Under the pieces are notes generated by a model. The model saw nothing but the letters and a program-made list of their open reading frames with translations. It did no database searches and was not told the origin of the DNA. A stretch of 64,000 bases of DNA from Tubiluchus corallicola (Eukaryota > Animalia > Priapulida). Made by a program: the position numbers and the translations under genes. The stretch is from contig JAQGDQ010000108.1 of the NCBI GenBank assembly GCA_030141605.1, forward strand, positions 62,001-126,000. Reading direction: 5' to 3'. Below, piece after piece: positions 36,795 through 49,049 of this stretch (positions are counted from its first letter, which is position 1; the number at the start of each line of letters is the position of its first letter).

Positions 36795-39700
36795 TTTATG
36801 GCGTAATGCAATGAGTTGTGTATCATGTACACGACTATCGCACTATGCTTGTTTTTTTAATTAATATGTTAAAATCTTTTCCTGTAATTTATGCGGAGGT
36901 AATTTACTATCTTTGCTAATGGAGAGAACATGGTTAGATATGGTATTACATGTTACGAATCTTACAATTTTTCACATTTTCTTGTTGTTACTCAATCTGC
37001 CATTTTGTTTTGTTAGCATATTTCTGATTATCACATGCAGTATGCCTACAGTGCTCATTACGACTAAGTTTACTCAGGCATAGCTGGAGGACGAAAGACC
37101 ACGAGTCAAAAAACCACTTTCTACAATTTTTAAAGTAGTCAAAGATCAATAGTACACAAAAATATCTCAAATGGTTGTGGGTTGACCAGTGGTTCTTTGG
37201 CCTTTTATCCAATGACTGGCGTCCTTTGAGCTAAACTCACACCTTTACTTGTGCTTAACTACCCATGTAAAATAATGTTTTATCCCGTAACCTGCAATAG
37301 GCACCTACCTTTTGATAAGGTTTCAAAGCTCTGTACGACTTGTTAGATATTCGATAGCACCAACAACCCAACCAGTCATCATGCCATTTAGTTTCTGTAA
37401 AGTATCCGAGTGTAAAACAACTTCCCTTTTCATACACGCATCTGTGTATTTTTGTACCACACTTTTTATAGTCGGGCGTTTATTCGACGGACTGACTTAG
37501 AGCAGTTGGCCCTATTTGTATGCCTGCAAGAGCAGTCTCTCGAGCTCGAGCTATTCTTCTGTACAAGACTGAAACTTTCATGAAAGCAGGTGCTAAGTAT
37601 GTGTTGCCCCAGAATCATTTGATATTGGAGTCCAAAAAAATTAAAAATGCAGTATATCTTAGAAACTCTGCAAGACAGAATGAGGAATATGGCTGGTAAC
37701 GAGTACAATATTATGAACGAAAGAAAATCAACGCTGTTAAAATTTTCGTTCAAAATGCCATCTAAATTGTAAGATTACAAATAAGAATTCATTTACTAAG
37801 ATTTATAAGATTTATTTGCAAATAATCCAGTTTCAAAATCTTGAAAATATGACTTACGCTTAAAGTGAAGTTTAACTAGACGTTGTTTAGACACTCACAG
37901 TTTAGCAGACAGTTACGTAAATAACTGAATATACTATAGACATCAATTTTTGTTTGCAGTATATTCAATTGTTAATGTAATTTAAAATCTATTGTAATCT
38001 TAAAAACTGGTGAAATTTTACATTAAACATTATTTACATTAAACAATTGTAAGTGTCTAAATAAAATTTTATCAATGTTAAAAAACCATTAATTAATGCG
38101 ACGTTGTTAAAAAATTTCATTGAAAGTTTGCATACTGTAGTTACACAATTTCTTTTATATCTAGAAAGTTCTATGATTTATGTCACAGAACTAACTGACA
38201 AAGTGATGACACGTGTTAAGAGCTCGTTTCTAGAAGAAGTTTTTCATTTTTTTATTACAGGCCTCAATCTTTTTGCAATTGAAAGAAAAATCTGTCATAT
38301 TGTGAAACAACTGTACCCACATATTCAGCTACGCATTGTATTAAAATCTAGCAATAATTTAGGTTCTTTCTTCCTATTTAAAGAGAAAATACCACCACTC
38401 TTATAATTTGGTATTTTTTATATATTTCAGTGCAGCAGCAGCAATGCTGCTTACCTGGCAAAACGTTCAGACACTTTAAAGTGAGGATTTGTGAACATTT
38501 GGGTATTTCGTCTAGAACTGGCAAAGAAAATAAAAAAATCTCCTCAACCCAGCATTAATGACCATATTTGTGCCTCTGGCCACAAAGCTGATTTTAATAA
38601 TTTCAGCACTGTGAGCAGAGCTACAAATAACTTATTAATGAAAGAAAGTTTATCTGTGTACCCTAATAAGCCTTCTCTTAATGTACAAAGCAGTTCAATT
38701 CATTTAGCTTTATTTTCAAACATTTAAGAACGCGTCCGCGAGAAGACCATGCAAAATCGAAAAATTCCGGCACAAGGTTAGGTAAACCGATTCAGACCAA
38801 AGTTCGGGTATGAGGTCCACTAGTCACTAGTATTCACTATGTGAATCCGCTTGGCCCAACTCCTCATAGTAGCAGAGGTACGGCATAAGCCGATTTTCAT
38901 GAAAAAATACCTATTTTTCTCTATTTTTTACTCATATTTGAAGGATTAGCCATGCTCATATTGATCATGCTCATATTACTCATATTGAATGGATCTGACT
39001 CTGCACAGTATTGGATCTTGTTATCTTCTCCAAAACGACTTTTCGACTTTTGTCCCAAACCCCCTCTTTCGGCTCTACTGGGGGTCTTTAAGCACGCATT
39101 ACGTACAAGATGCAAATACTCAGTCATTTCAAAGTCTTATATCTCACCCACTGCGGGGGCGGGGACAAAAATATCGATATGTATGTGAATAGAGCATCCC
39201 ATCCCACTATGCTGCAGTGACAATTTCGATGGAGCGAATTTCCACCCTATTGTAAAAGACCCCTGAAAGAGGCATATATCAGGGTGAAAATATAGCTAAC
39301 AACGTTCATCAAAAAGCTTCGTGTAGGTAAACATGAGTTGTCAAATCTTGTCAAAATACTTCAAAACATCATAAATATTCATCTTTGGCAACTAAGGGCC
39401 TGGCCAGCACATTGGTTAAACTACCGACAGGATTGGACTCCAGCATTCAAGATGGCGGCCACTGCTGAACTAAAATGTTCGTTTTCTGGGCTGATTACCA
39501 GCGTTAAATGCGGCATTGTGACTAGTTATCCGCACGAAACGAATATTGTAAATCTATTAGCAACTTGCAAGGACTGGAAAATGTTTTATGTACTGTTTAT
39601 TTTCTATGCTTTGTAAATGTTATGTACAGGTTATTACCTATTTATTACTCATTGTCTTACATAGGCGTACAAGCCAGGACACAAAGAAAATTGCCCTAAA

Positions 39701-42700
39701 TCTGAGCGAAAGCCCAAAAAATATGGGACAGACTTGATATCATTTGTCCGGTGATTTTTAGACTGTAAAACATCGAAAATTTTTGTGCCATTGGCGCAAT
39801 CACACTATTAATATTTTTTGTCAGAAGTATCGATTTTGTGCCACAAATAAATCTTGGGCGAAGAAAAATTTTCTGAGCTAAATATCGCTGCCATCCCCCT
39901 AGAAGCGACCCATACGCTTATATTGTCTGATGTTTAGACTGTAAGATTTTCACTTTATCACTTTCCCCATGATATATTTGTCTATATTTCTGTATCTATC
40001 TTCTAGTGCTAATCTACCTGCATCGATAATTCTTTCTCTATTATTTAGATATTATGGTTTTGATTACTTGTACTACTCTTCAGTGATAGGATTATGCTGC
40101 TACAATAGGAACAGTATTTTGGACTTAGAGAAATTAATTCTGACTGAGTTTTGTAGTTTTTTCATTTTTGTACCGATATTCATAATCTTCTATGTATAGC
40201 CATGAAGCTTATTCATATAAAAAGTATAAAAAATGAACGGATGTATAAAAATGAACGGATTTCTATTTCATATGTATATACCAAGTGTTGTCAGATTCTT
40301 TCGCTAGCAATGACTCTCACTCTTAACAATCGGTACTTCTTTTCTATTAGAGGGCTTATTGTTTAGTCTTTCCTGGTATCCACTAGCGATTCAGTGTGTA
40401 GAGAACGCCCTGAATCAGGGTCGGACTCGGTACTAGGGGCATGCATGATGTCCTGTCCAGAAATCCATCAGAAAAGGCAATTATTCATATTTGTAGTCCT
40501 ATGAAAATTCCGACATAACTAAACCAATTTAAGATGAAATTCGCAAATTTCTAGCAATTTCCATGGCAAAGGAATCTATTGCTACTAGGAATGGAGAGCA
40601 CTAGTCACAGAAAATGCAGGTTAAACGTGGCTAAATATCTATTGTCATATACGACCTGAGCCAAGTATGTCTACTTTTTACACATGGACGGAATTACTAT
40701 GGAAAGTAAAAAAGTGTGTTGGTATGGTAATTTTTTCTAACAGTGCCCCCTCTATATAATGCCATTCATGATATTATCTCAGCTCGTGCGTTTTCATGAA
40801 ATTTAGAATACAAATTTGTCACTTATAATCCAGGATATAGATAGAAAAAATATTGAAAAACTACAAAAAAGGCGAATTTTGCTGATTTTTGTGAAATTTT
40901 AAAGTGCCAGTACTAAGTACTGAAACAGGCTCCAGCGAATTTTCTTTTTTATATTATTAGTGAGGATGATGGTTAACACATACATGAAAACCAGAAGTTC
41001 TGTACCCCCGCAGTGGGCGAGTTATGAGCCTTACAACTTAACCTCTCCCTGGACTCTTAACAAAGAGCCGAATTTGAAAAATCCCGTTCTTTGATACTAT
41101 TAATAGTATGTCAGAAAAAGTTAGGATATCAGAAGACAATGTCTGGGTCTATGTACCAGCCAACTTACATCGACCCATATATAATAGTTTATACAGGAGA
41201 AAAAGTTAAAATAACCCCCCAAAATAGCGATTTTTTGCCTCTTTTGAGGTCAATTTCTTGATGTGGTCATTTCTCTGCTAATAGTAGCTCGATCGATTTG
41301 ATATCTTGGTTACATGGTTTTGGGGGATTGCCCTTCATGTTAGAAAAAAATGATATAAATTCGTCGTCCCTCATGTGCCACCCTCTGCATGGTGCTCTCG
41401 CGGACTCGTTCTATTTGTTACTGTATCAGTTTCTTTTTTTCAGGACTGCTTAATCATTACCGTAAAACGGGGTGAGTTCGCCACTTTTTAGGGGTATTTT
41501 TTACGTTTCCTGCCATAGCAAGAGAATTACCCAACCGATTTTCTTAGTTCAAGCTTTATATTGCCTTTCGAATGAAACACTATCGTGGGGTGAATTCGCC
41601 ACTAACAATTTAACACTGTTTAATGCCATTCTAGGCAGCTGAAGTTAACTGGTTGTGATTGGCTGGTTGGGGGTGAGTTCGCCACCCTATGAAAAAATTA
41701 TGAAAAATGTCTAGTTTTAGCCGAATTATTGAAAATGTTCGATGGTGGGACGTTTTCAATAAGGGGCCCTACGTTGGCAAGGAAGGCTTGAACGTCTTGT
41801 GCACTGATCTTCGCGCGGGCGTCCTTGACGTTGCCAGCCACTCTGAAAACCAGATTGTTCCTTCGTGCGAATGATTTGACAAAGTCTATTCCAGGGGTGT
41901 TTGCCTTGAATCGTCGTTCCTGGATTCCCTTCACGTCGAGAACACTCTTAATCAGTAGTCGGAGATCGATGGCAGTCATTGGGAACCCCCACTCAGCGGC
42001 CACTTGGAGTGTTGGCGATTTCGTGCTCCTCGGCGGCGGAGAACACTGGCTGACCTCCGGTCTTCCGCGGATGACTTCGTGAGAGTTTGTCAGAAAGGGA
42101 CTTTCTTGGAACTCCGAATTGCCTCGCCGCTGCGCTGACTGTCCTGTTGGTATTCTTGACGGCATGTAGGGCAGCTTCCAGAGCTTCTGGGGTATAATTT
42201 TGGTATCTATGACCCGGTACAGGGGTGCAGGTGCGTGGCATGTTAAGTAGCAAGAAATAGTAGACAAATAATATGTAGTGCAGAATGGAATACTTCTAGT
42301 GCGAATTGAAAGAAGATAACTGTCGCAAACTGTTTATAATGACGGTGATCATGATATCTGTTCATTAAACACTGAACAATAGTTACAGCAAACACTACAA
42401 TGGCCATTACGTAGGGGGTGGCGAACTCACCCTCGGGTGGCGAACTCACCCCGTTTTACGGTATCTATTTGGCTTTTGTAAATACATAATTAGTGCATAA
42501 GCTAATGTATCAATTTCTTTAATAGTCTGCTTATTTATTAGCTTTTTGGCTTCTGTTGACTACTTAGTTAGTGCATAATAGGCTCTGCCTATATAAACTG
42601 GTTGTATGTTTGTAAATTTACCACTGATGATGACAGCAGTAGCCTGTCGAAACGTCTGGCATGACTATGACTTCGAAAAGTAAAAGTTTTAATAAAGATG

Positions 42701-44046
42701 TGTTGTTTTTAACTATAGATGTTTTTTTATTTTTTTAAGAAAATTTCCGCTTAGTCTATAATTATTAATAAATAGGTCCTTACCAATAAGACGGAAATTT
42801 GAGCCTCGCATAATAGATTCTATAAGCTCCGATTCATATCTCCCAATCTTCCACTTTAGCCGTTTCTTTATGTAAAGCGGCACCTCATCAACTATAAAAT
42901 TTTGTAATAAACGTTACTACTTAGTACTACAGTTTAGATAACATGACCATCTTTAGTTTTTAATGTTACGTCATATAAATTATTTCATTAACAATGTATT
43001 ATTACGTTCATTGAGGAGTGAGTTCATTAAACTGAACTGTCAGACAATACCTCGACGAAATTTTGTGAGCATTTCCATAATTAATGGATAAAACACAGCA
43101 TGAAAATTTTTCTGTAAAAAGTGGTTTCTTAGATTAGTGTTTTACAGAAAATTTATAATTTGTTTATTTACGTTATGTTATTGTAGCATTATTCAAAGAA
43201 ACTGAATATGATCCTGTGTCAGCGTGCGTTTGGATCACTGGTGACGGTAGCTCTGATTACTAACACTATATTTTTTATATACGAAATAAAACAGTAGATA
43301 GATAGATAGGTTTATTCAAAAAATTAATTGTAATTTACAATGGAATGAAATTGCTTTGTACGAGAACTAAAAAAGAAAATTAAAACACTAAACTAAACTG
43401 AAACTATAAAAATAAATGAAATAAAATTGTAAGTCAATCTAAAATTACGAATTAAAAGCAGTGCTTACTAAACAAACAATAAAACTAAAATAGCGTAAAA
43501 TTTCCAAACTAAGATTGAAACTAAAGCTGTCTTTATGCAACGCAAAAACTATAAAAGTAAAATTAAATTTCAGATTAAAAGGAAAAAGATCAATTTTATA
43601 AAACAATTTCTGTCTGTTAGATGTAGCGTCGAGTCGCTGCCATTAATAAATCATTTCATAATGATAATTACTCCCAGTTTTCCTTTTTGTCAGTTCTAAT
43701 TTGCGTCTTCACAATACTCAAAAATGTTTATTTAGTTTAACGCAATTTTTTGTGTTGTAATGCATATATAGTGTTGTATTGTTATACATAGATACACTGT
43801 CTGTAAATTTAAAATCTGTGTTAGTAAATTAAATTAATACAATTAACTCATACATTTTTTGTTGGAGCTACATAAATATGCCTAAATAATTACCTATCTG
43901 ACCAGGTAAAGCGAAATTGATTACAGGTTCGACGTTAGAGAAAATACTAGGAGTAAATGCTGGTATTCTCCGCTGGCATATATCGCCTGATGAAGAATTG
44001 TTCCTTTTCACACGGCACATGCTTACCGGCGTTACTTCTTCGATGT
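23984..44046 (-). CDS. TTLL4: TTLL4-like tubulin-tyrosine-ligase-like (ATP-grasp) protein with divergent active-site motifs
   Basis: Phase-consistent exons (minus): 44046-43894, 42891-42784, 37394-37309, 36182-35994, 34813-34728, 32737-32609, 31265-31140, 29907-29809, 29050-28916, 28301-28164, 26933-26804 (GC donor), 25573-25363, 24051-23984 (TAG). No internal stops. TTLL4-type motifs: [131 protein letters not shown]. May be a paralog rather than the ortholog. Confidence 0.9.
27143..27535. repeat. CCA/CAC-rich low-complexity satellite in TTLL intron
   Basis: Degenerate (CCACA/CACCA)n tract; explains the His/Thr/Pro-rich ORFs in the track. Confidence 0.8.
29263..29309. repeat. (GA)n microsatellite
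   Basis: Directly visible. Confidence 0.9.
30365..30490. repeat. Purine-rich imperfect (GA)n tract
   Basis: Directly visible. Confidence 0.85.
31778..32337. mobile_element. Non-autonomous DNA transposon (hAT-like MITE) with GTACG subterminal repeats
   Basis: Starts TAGGGGTGGACAG; multiple (G)TACGG / CCGTAC repeats in both orientations (31873-31965 versus 32311-32327); boundaries approximate. Confidence 0.45.
33189..33231. repeat. (TA)n microsatellite
   Basis: Directly visible. Confidence 0.95.
35480..35700 (+). mobile_element. LINE (CR1/L2-like) endonuclease C-terminal fragment
   Basis: [41 protein letters not shown] matches the APE-domain motif PTRIT..ATLIDNIF.N..G....DISDHLPIF. Confidence 0.7.
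35847..35936. repeat. Perfect 33-bp inverted repeat (hairpin, 24-nt loop)
   Basis: acaacttgtagaattttctgattgcaaacatac (35847-35879) pairs with gtatgtttgcaatcagaaaattctacaagttgt (35904-35936). Confidence 0.9.
36694..36794. repeat. (CAT/CGT)n microsatellite
   Basis: Directly visible. Confidence 0.9.
38255..38725 (+). mobile_element. Penelope-like retroelement remnant: degenerate GIY-YIG endonuclease
   Basis: Across stops and frameshifts it reads [82 protein letters not shown]...[17 protein letters not shown], a typical Penelope C-terminus. The 3' UTR continues at 41413-41457 and 42464-42700. Confidence 0.8.
38727..41412. mobile_element. Non-autonomous TIR DNA transposon (~2.7 kb), superfamily unclear
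   Basis: Left agaacgcgtccgcgagaagaccatgca versus reverse complement of the right end agaacgagtccgcgagagcaccatgca; a second internal inverted pair at about 39131-39160 and 41003-41032; possible ATTT target duplication (ambiguous by one base); no transposase ORF recognised. Confidence 0.7.
39660..39922. mobile_element. hAT-like MITE nested in the 2.7-kb element
   Basis: Ends CATAGGCGTA and TACGCTTATA; 8-bp target duplication ttgtctta / ttgtctga. Confidence 0.65.
41460..42461 (-). mobile_element. Internally deleted pogo/Tigger-type (Tc1/mariner superfamily) transposon
   Basis: Perfect TIR CCGTAAAACGGGGTGAGTTCGCCAC at both ends, TA duplication (41458-59, 42462-63), subterminal copies of ggggtgagttcgccac. 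Frameshifted transposase N-terminus: HTH_psq-like [33 protein letters not shown], then CENP-B-type [43 protein letters not shown], cut just before the DDE domain. Confidence 0.9.
42621..42659 (+). ncRNA. Minimal type I hammerhead ribozyme motif (Penelope-associated)
   Basis: cca-CTGATGA-t-gacag(cagtagc)ctgtc-GAAAC-GTC-tgg: conserved core, 5-bp stem II, cca/tgg stem I, vestigial palindromic stem III; AATAAA follows at about 42691. Confidence 0.75.
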
Positions 44047-44917
44047 CTGCAATTAGAGTTATTCTATGCAATTAATAAGTGTAAAATTAAAGCGAACACA
44101 AGAATATTGACAGCATAGGGAAAATGGGCTAATGTCGGGGAGAAAATGGGCTTTTCCATGTTTCTATCTACATTTTTACAATTTTCTTGGAATAATAGCT
44201 GATAAACTAAAACTATATTGCTAAGGAATCTAGAAAACGGAAAACGTGTGGCTGCATGAAATGTAAAATACTGGGATAATTAAACGCTTTGCTACGTCAT
44301 TTCAAAAAATGAGATAATGTCGAACGCTTGCAGTTAATGTCGGAGAAGTTTGGCAGGGTAACGTTGGACATAATAACTTTGTAGTTATGGTACTTAAATT
44401 GTTTTAAATATTTTGCAATGTGCAAGATTGACATGAGAGAATGGTACAGAACCCCTATGTAAGCAAGGAAAATGCCTTTTTGCTCGACGTTGTTATCTGC
44501 TTATAACCGCAGAAAACAAATACAAACTTGAATACGGTTATAACATTATGACGCAAATCTACAAATCTTATACATTCTCTGTTCGATTTAACCTCTGAAA
44601 TCACCTTCTCCCCTTTTTATACCCTCTGTGGTGTCTATTCAGATCAACCAACAAGTTTTTGCTCCGTGGTCAGGTTTTATATGGCAACGCTGATCGCCTT
44701 AATTATACTGCACAAGCATTTTATCTTGTGTTATAGACTTTCAGTTTGTTATGTTTCTTTTAAATTGATAATTTGTTATCTAAATTCTGCATTAAGTTAG
44801 TTGTATTTTTATTTGCCACGTTTTTAAAAGGCATAAAAACTTGCACAATTTGCCGTGTGTAAAACTCTGCTAAAACTGTTAGCGTAGTTTAGTTTAGTTA
44901 GTCCAGTATAGTGTCAC

Positions 44918-44945
44918 CTTTCATTTTACTACAATTTAAAAACAT
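44918..44945 (-). CDS. Candidate first coding exon of the TTLL4-like gene (MFLNCSKMK)
   Basis: ATG at 44945, donor AAG|GTGACA, phase 1 matching the acceptor at 44046; would give a ~561-aa protein. Confidence 0.3.
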
Positions 44946-45189
44946 AAAAATATGCACAGTTACAGTAAAATAAATGCCACTATATCGACAGAGTTATGAG
45001 ACACCTTAAAAACAATAAAAACAATCATTTTGCAGACAAAAATGGATGCCATACTTTAAAGTCAGAATTTATTCGGCATGTATAAATGGTTTTGTTTTCG
45101 TAGATTTGAAAATTTGTGGTAGTAAACTCGCATTACAGTGCGAAATACACACAGTATGACATATCTTCCTTCCAGATACCGGGTTCTAT

Positions 45190-45215
45190 AGATTGGCTGG
45201 ACCCGCCCAAAACCG
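45190..45215 (-). promoter_or_regulatory. Candidate promoter elements of the TTLL4-like gene (GC box and CCAAT box)
   Basis: Minus strand reads ttttGGGCGGgtccagCCAATc, about 250 bp upstream of the candidate first exon. Confidence 0.3.
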
Positions 45216-45869
45216 GCCTTGACCACATAGCTGAATGCTCTATGTAGAGAATCTTTCAACTTCCTTGATCTTAATCTTTGAACTACACTTGTACCTCATA
45301 ATTAACCATTAACCATGTAATGGCCTATTCTTTAGAAGAATGACATTCAAAACAACGACTGTCAAAACACTGAACTCTGTCCACAGTTTTCACTGAGTTA
45401 CTTTGTACATAACTAATTGTTGAAAGAGTATTCTCTTACTTCTGTTCATTTTTGAAATAGCGCCAGAACGGCTTGTATGAAAATGAACTGGGTTTTAGCA
45501 TGTGCTGCAAAGGGCGAGGGAAATCAAATAACTTCAGCAAAGAAATTGAAACAAGAAGTTATTAAGAAACATTTTGGAAATTAAAAACAGAAGCGAAAAC
45601 CATTTTTTAAAGATTTTAGATTTTCGACTTTTATTTTATTATATCTAAGTTTCACCTCAATATACCGTACAAATAAATGCTTTATTAGAAACTATGCATA
45701 AAATAAGCCACTCGTTTAGAGTTATGAGAGACTGTTAAAAACTATACATTCAATGATACTAAAAAATCACAGCAATATACACATAAAGTGTAAAAGAAAA
45801 TCACTACTGATTATAATAAACTAGTTGATTCCTTCGTAACAAAATTTTATTGCAGGCGTTTAAAATTTC

Positions 45870-46300
45870 ATCAACCATCAAATCTGAACCTGACACATTT
45901 TCTCTACATTTTTCATTGTACTAAAATGTTCATTTTTCCTAATTGCACTTGTGTATAGATCACGCCTAATATCTTGATGAAATTCACACTCGGTTAAAAC
46001 ATGCAATTCAGACTCAATACTGTTACTGTTACACAAAGTTGGCACAGTCTTCCAGTTTCCAATCGCCACAAAGCAATACCATATTTAAATTTTGCAAGCG
46101 TTTTCCTGTTATTGTTTGACAGGATACAGTTTACATATTTTTCTACGCTAAAATGCCTTTTAAAGAGTTTGTACGTCCTGAGTTCGTTTCTCCCAGTTCC
46201 GTGACCTTTTTTTGTTAACAGTTTCTAACCAGAGTCTTTCATAGTAGTCAGTGAGCGCATTCGAAATTTGCCTCAAACTTCTGGAAATTATTTGGTTCCT
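45870..46300 (-). mobile_element. LINE 3' fragment (L2/CR1-group C-terminal CCHC region)
   Basis: Degenerate KFKYGIA..IETG..TLCNSNSIESELHVLTECEFHQDIRRDLY matches the C..C....IE.E.HFL..C..Y..IR tail of L2/CR1-group ORF2. Confidence 0.65.
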
Positions 46301-46351
46301 CTTTGTGTTGGTATAGTGTTGTTAGGCCCACACTACACTATCTCCGGGATG

Positions 46352-48179
46352 TTCCTTGGCTAGGATGATCATTGTATAAGGTATGAACGTATAATTATTT
46401 TCTACATCATGGAGCATGTCTCAAAATCGTATTTTTAATTCTCTAGTCATGCAGTCATTATCGTTTACTAATTTAGTAGGCTCTGCAGGCTTGTAAATGC
46501 AGTAAGGCATAGTATGATGTAACACCAATCAGACTAATAAATTTATGCTGTATTGTAAATACCATAAGACGCGATCATTTTTGCTCATATTTTAACTCGG
46601 CGTTGTTGCCATTTTTAACACTTTCACTAAACGTTTTCAATCGTGCAATGTAAGGAATCTCAGTCATCCGGCTCTTCACGTCTGCTATCTCACTTATCCA
46701 AAAACAATAGCTTAATCCCAAATCTCACAAGTACAATCACAAACAGATAGCAAGTATAAACGATATCACCTACCTTCATAACAATTGTTTCGATTGTTTG
46801 CTACTGAATCTACAGTCATAATGAACACGACCTGCATAAAAAAAACAATTTCAACACACGTGGAGTTAAAATTACGATGCTAGACTGTAATATTAGTAGA
46901 CTTACTATATCGTTTTAATCACAAACAGAACGTATCCGCATTATGAACAGAATACCCTTTTTAAAACACGTTTGACGTTTATAAGTTTTAAAAGTTTAGT
47001 AGCTTTACGTCACCAGAACAAGTAATTCTGCCTGTAACATGTTTTCTCAGACTAAAGTCAATAAAATAATGTTGCTTGTATATTGATATACTACAAAATA
47101 ATGTTGATATGTTTAACACAGGCTTTTAAATTACAATAAGGAAGTTTTGTAAATAACAAGAGCGGTCATGGACAGTGCTCAGGAATTTGATAGGTGCTCA
47201 GTGTTATGTACAAACTATGTTAATTAGATTATGTTAGTAAACCAGGTCTGCAACATGTCACGCGTATTTATTTATTATTCATTTTAAATGCAATTCGCAC
47301 ATTTACAAGTACATAGCATTATTTATAAAAATGTTTAAACACTCAGCTCTACTATAAAAATTGTATTAGAAACTACTGAAATATTTGCATATAGTTCTGT
47401 ACGTATATATATATATATATATGAGTTAAAATATGAGCAAAAATGATCACGTCTTATGGTATTTACAATACACCATAAATTTATTAGTCTGAATGGTATT
47501 ACATCATACTAGGCCTTTCTGCATTTACAAGCCTGCAGAGCCTACTAAATTAGCAAACGATAATGATTGCATGACTAGAGAATTAAAAATACGATTTTGA
47601 GATATGCACATGATGTAGAAAATAATTATACGTTCATACCTTATACAAGGATCATCCTAGCCAAAGAATATACATATATACGTCAAACGTGTTTTGAAAA
47701 GGGTATTTTGTTCATAAGTCATAATGCGGATACGTACTGTATGTGCTAAAAATGATATAGTAAGTCTACTAATAGTACAGTCTAGCGTTGTAATTTTTAA
47801 CTCCACCTGTGTGAAAATTGTTTTTTTTCTATGCTGGTCGTGTTCATTATGACTGTAGATTCAGTAACAAACAATTGGTACAATTGTTATGAAACTAGGT
47901 GATATCATTTATACTGGCTGTCTGTTTGTGATTGTACTTGTGAGATTTGGGATTTTTTTGAATAAGTGAGATAGCAGGCATGAAGAGCCGGAAGACTGAG
48001 ATTCCTTAAATTCCCTGGTTCCAGGCAATTTATTTTCACAGTTGCACGACTGAAGACGTTTAGTCTTTAGACAGCAAGTGTTAAAAAACGGCAACGCATT
48101 ATATATAAAAATGTTTAAACACTCAGCTCTACTATAAAAATTGTATTAGAAACTACTGAAATATTTGCATATAGTTCTG

Positions 48180-48210
<31 letters not shown>

Positions 48211-48510
48211 GTACAGAACTATATGCAAATATTTCAGTAGTTTCTAATCATTTTTGTTCGTATACGAACAAAAATGATCACGTCTTATGGTATTTACAAT
48301 ACATTAAATGACCAAAAACTGATTAGTTTGATTGGTATTACATCATACTAGGCCTTACTGCGCTAACAAGTCTGTAGAGCCTACAAGATAAGTAAACGAT
48401 AATGATTACATGACTAGAGAATTAAAAATACGATTTTAAGATATCCTACATGATGTAGAAAATAATAATACGTTCGTACATTATACGAGGATCATCCTAG
48501 ACAAGGAATA
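46352..48510. repeat. Complex inverted/permuted repeat cluster
   Basis: Block A 46352-46598 and block B ~46600-46978 recur as reverse complements at 47423-47670 (A) and 47680-48096 (B), and again at ~48262-48510 (A); block C 47316-47401 is repeated at 48096-48181 and folds back around a (TA)n tract (48146-48248). Confidence 0.85.
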
Positions 48511-48522
48511 TGTGCTAACAGA

Positions 48523-48683
48523 GACACACGCACACGCTCACACACACCCACACACACACACAAACACTCGCACGCACGCATACACGCACGCACTCATGCA
48601 CGCACGCACACACACGAGCGCACGCGCACACACACGCACGCACACACGCACGCACGCACGCACACACACACACACACACACAC
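48523..48683. repeat. (CA)n/(CACG)n microsatellite
   Basis: Directly visible. Confidence 0.9.
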
Positions 48684-49049
48684 GTATGTATAAATAAATA
48701 TATATGCGAGAGGAGACGAGATAGTACACGCGAGGCGTACGCGGGGCCGCGGTACTTGCGAACAGTCGTTTGCGCATGAAATTCCCTTGTAGTGTTTTGA
48801 AAAAAGAGGCGTCAAAACAGATGCCATAATGGAAGCAAAGTGCCACAGAATTTTATTGCTTATATGTGTCTGGCCTGAGGTTTAATCGATCAGGAGCATG
48901 CAATTTCACAAAGTATGGAAAATACCGCTGTTAGTGACAGGGAGAGCGTTACCTGCGATACCTGTATGCATGTTGACAAATTACGTGGCGTCCCTAGAGA
49001 GTATGAGAGATAGATGTTCGATGTAATCCATTATTATAAATATAACTTG

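Noticed and set aside
44674-44688. RFX X-box-like motif (gttttatatggcaac) near the TTLL 5' end
   Set aside because: Only one good half-site; too weak to call without conservation data.
45062-45259. 65-aa ORF as upstream TTLL exon
   Set aside because: No TTLL similarity and no convincing phase-compatible donor; it overlaps the candidate promoter motifs.
48512-48846. HT- and CV-repeat ORFs
   Set aside because: Translation of the (CA)n/(CACG)n microsatellite.
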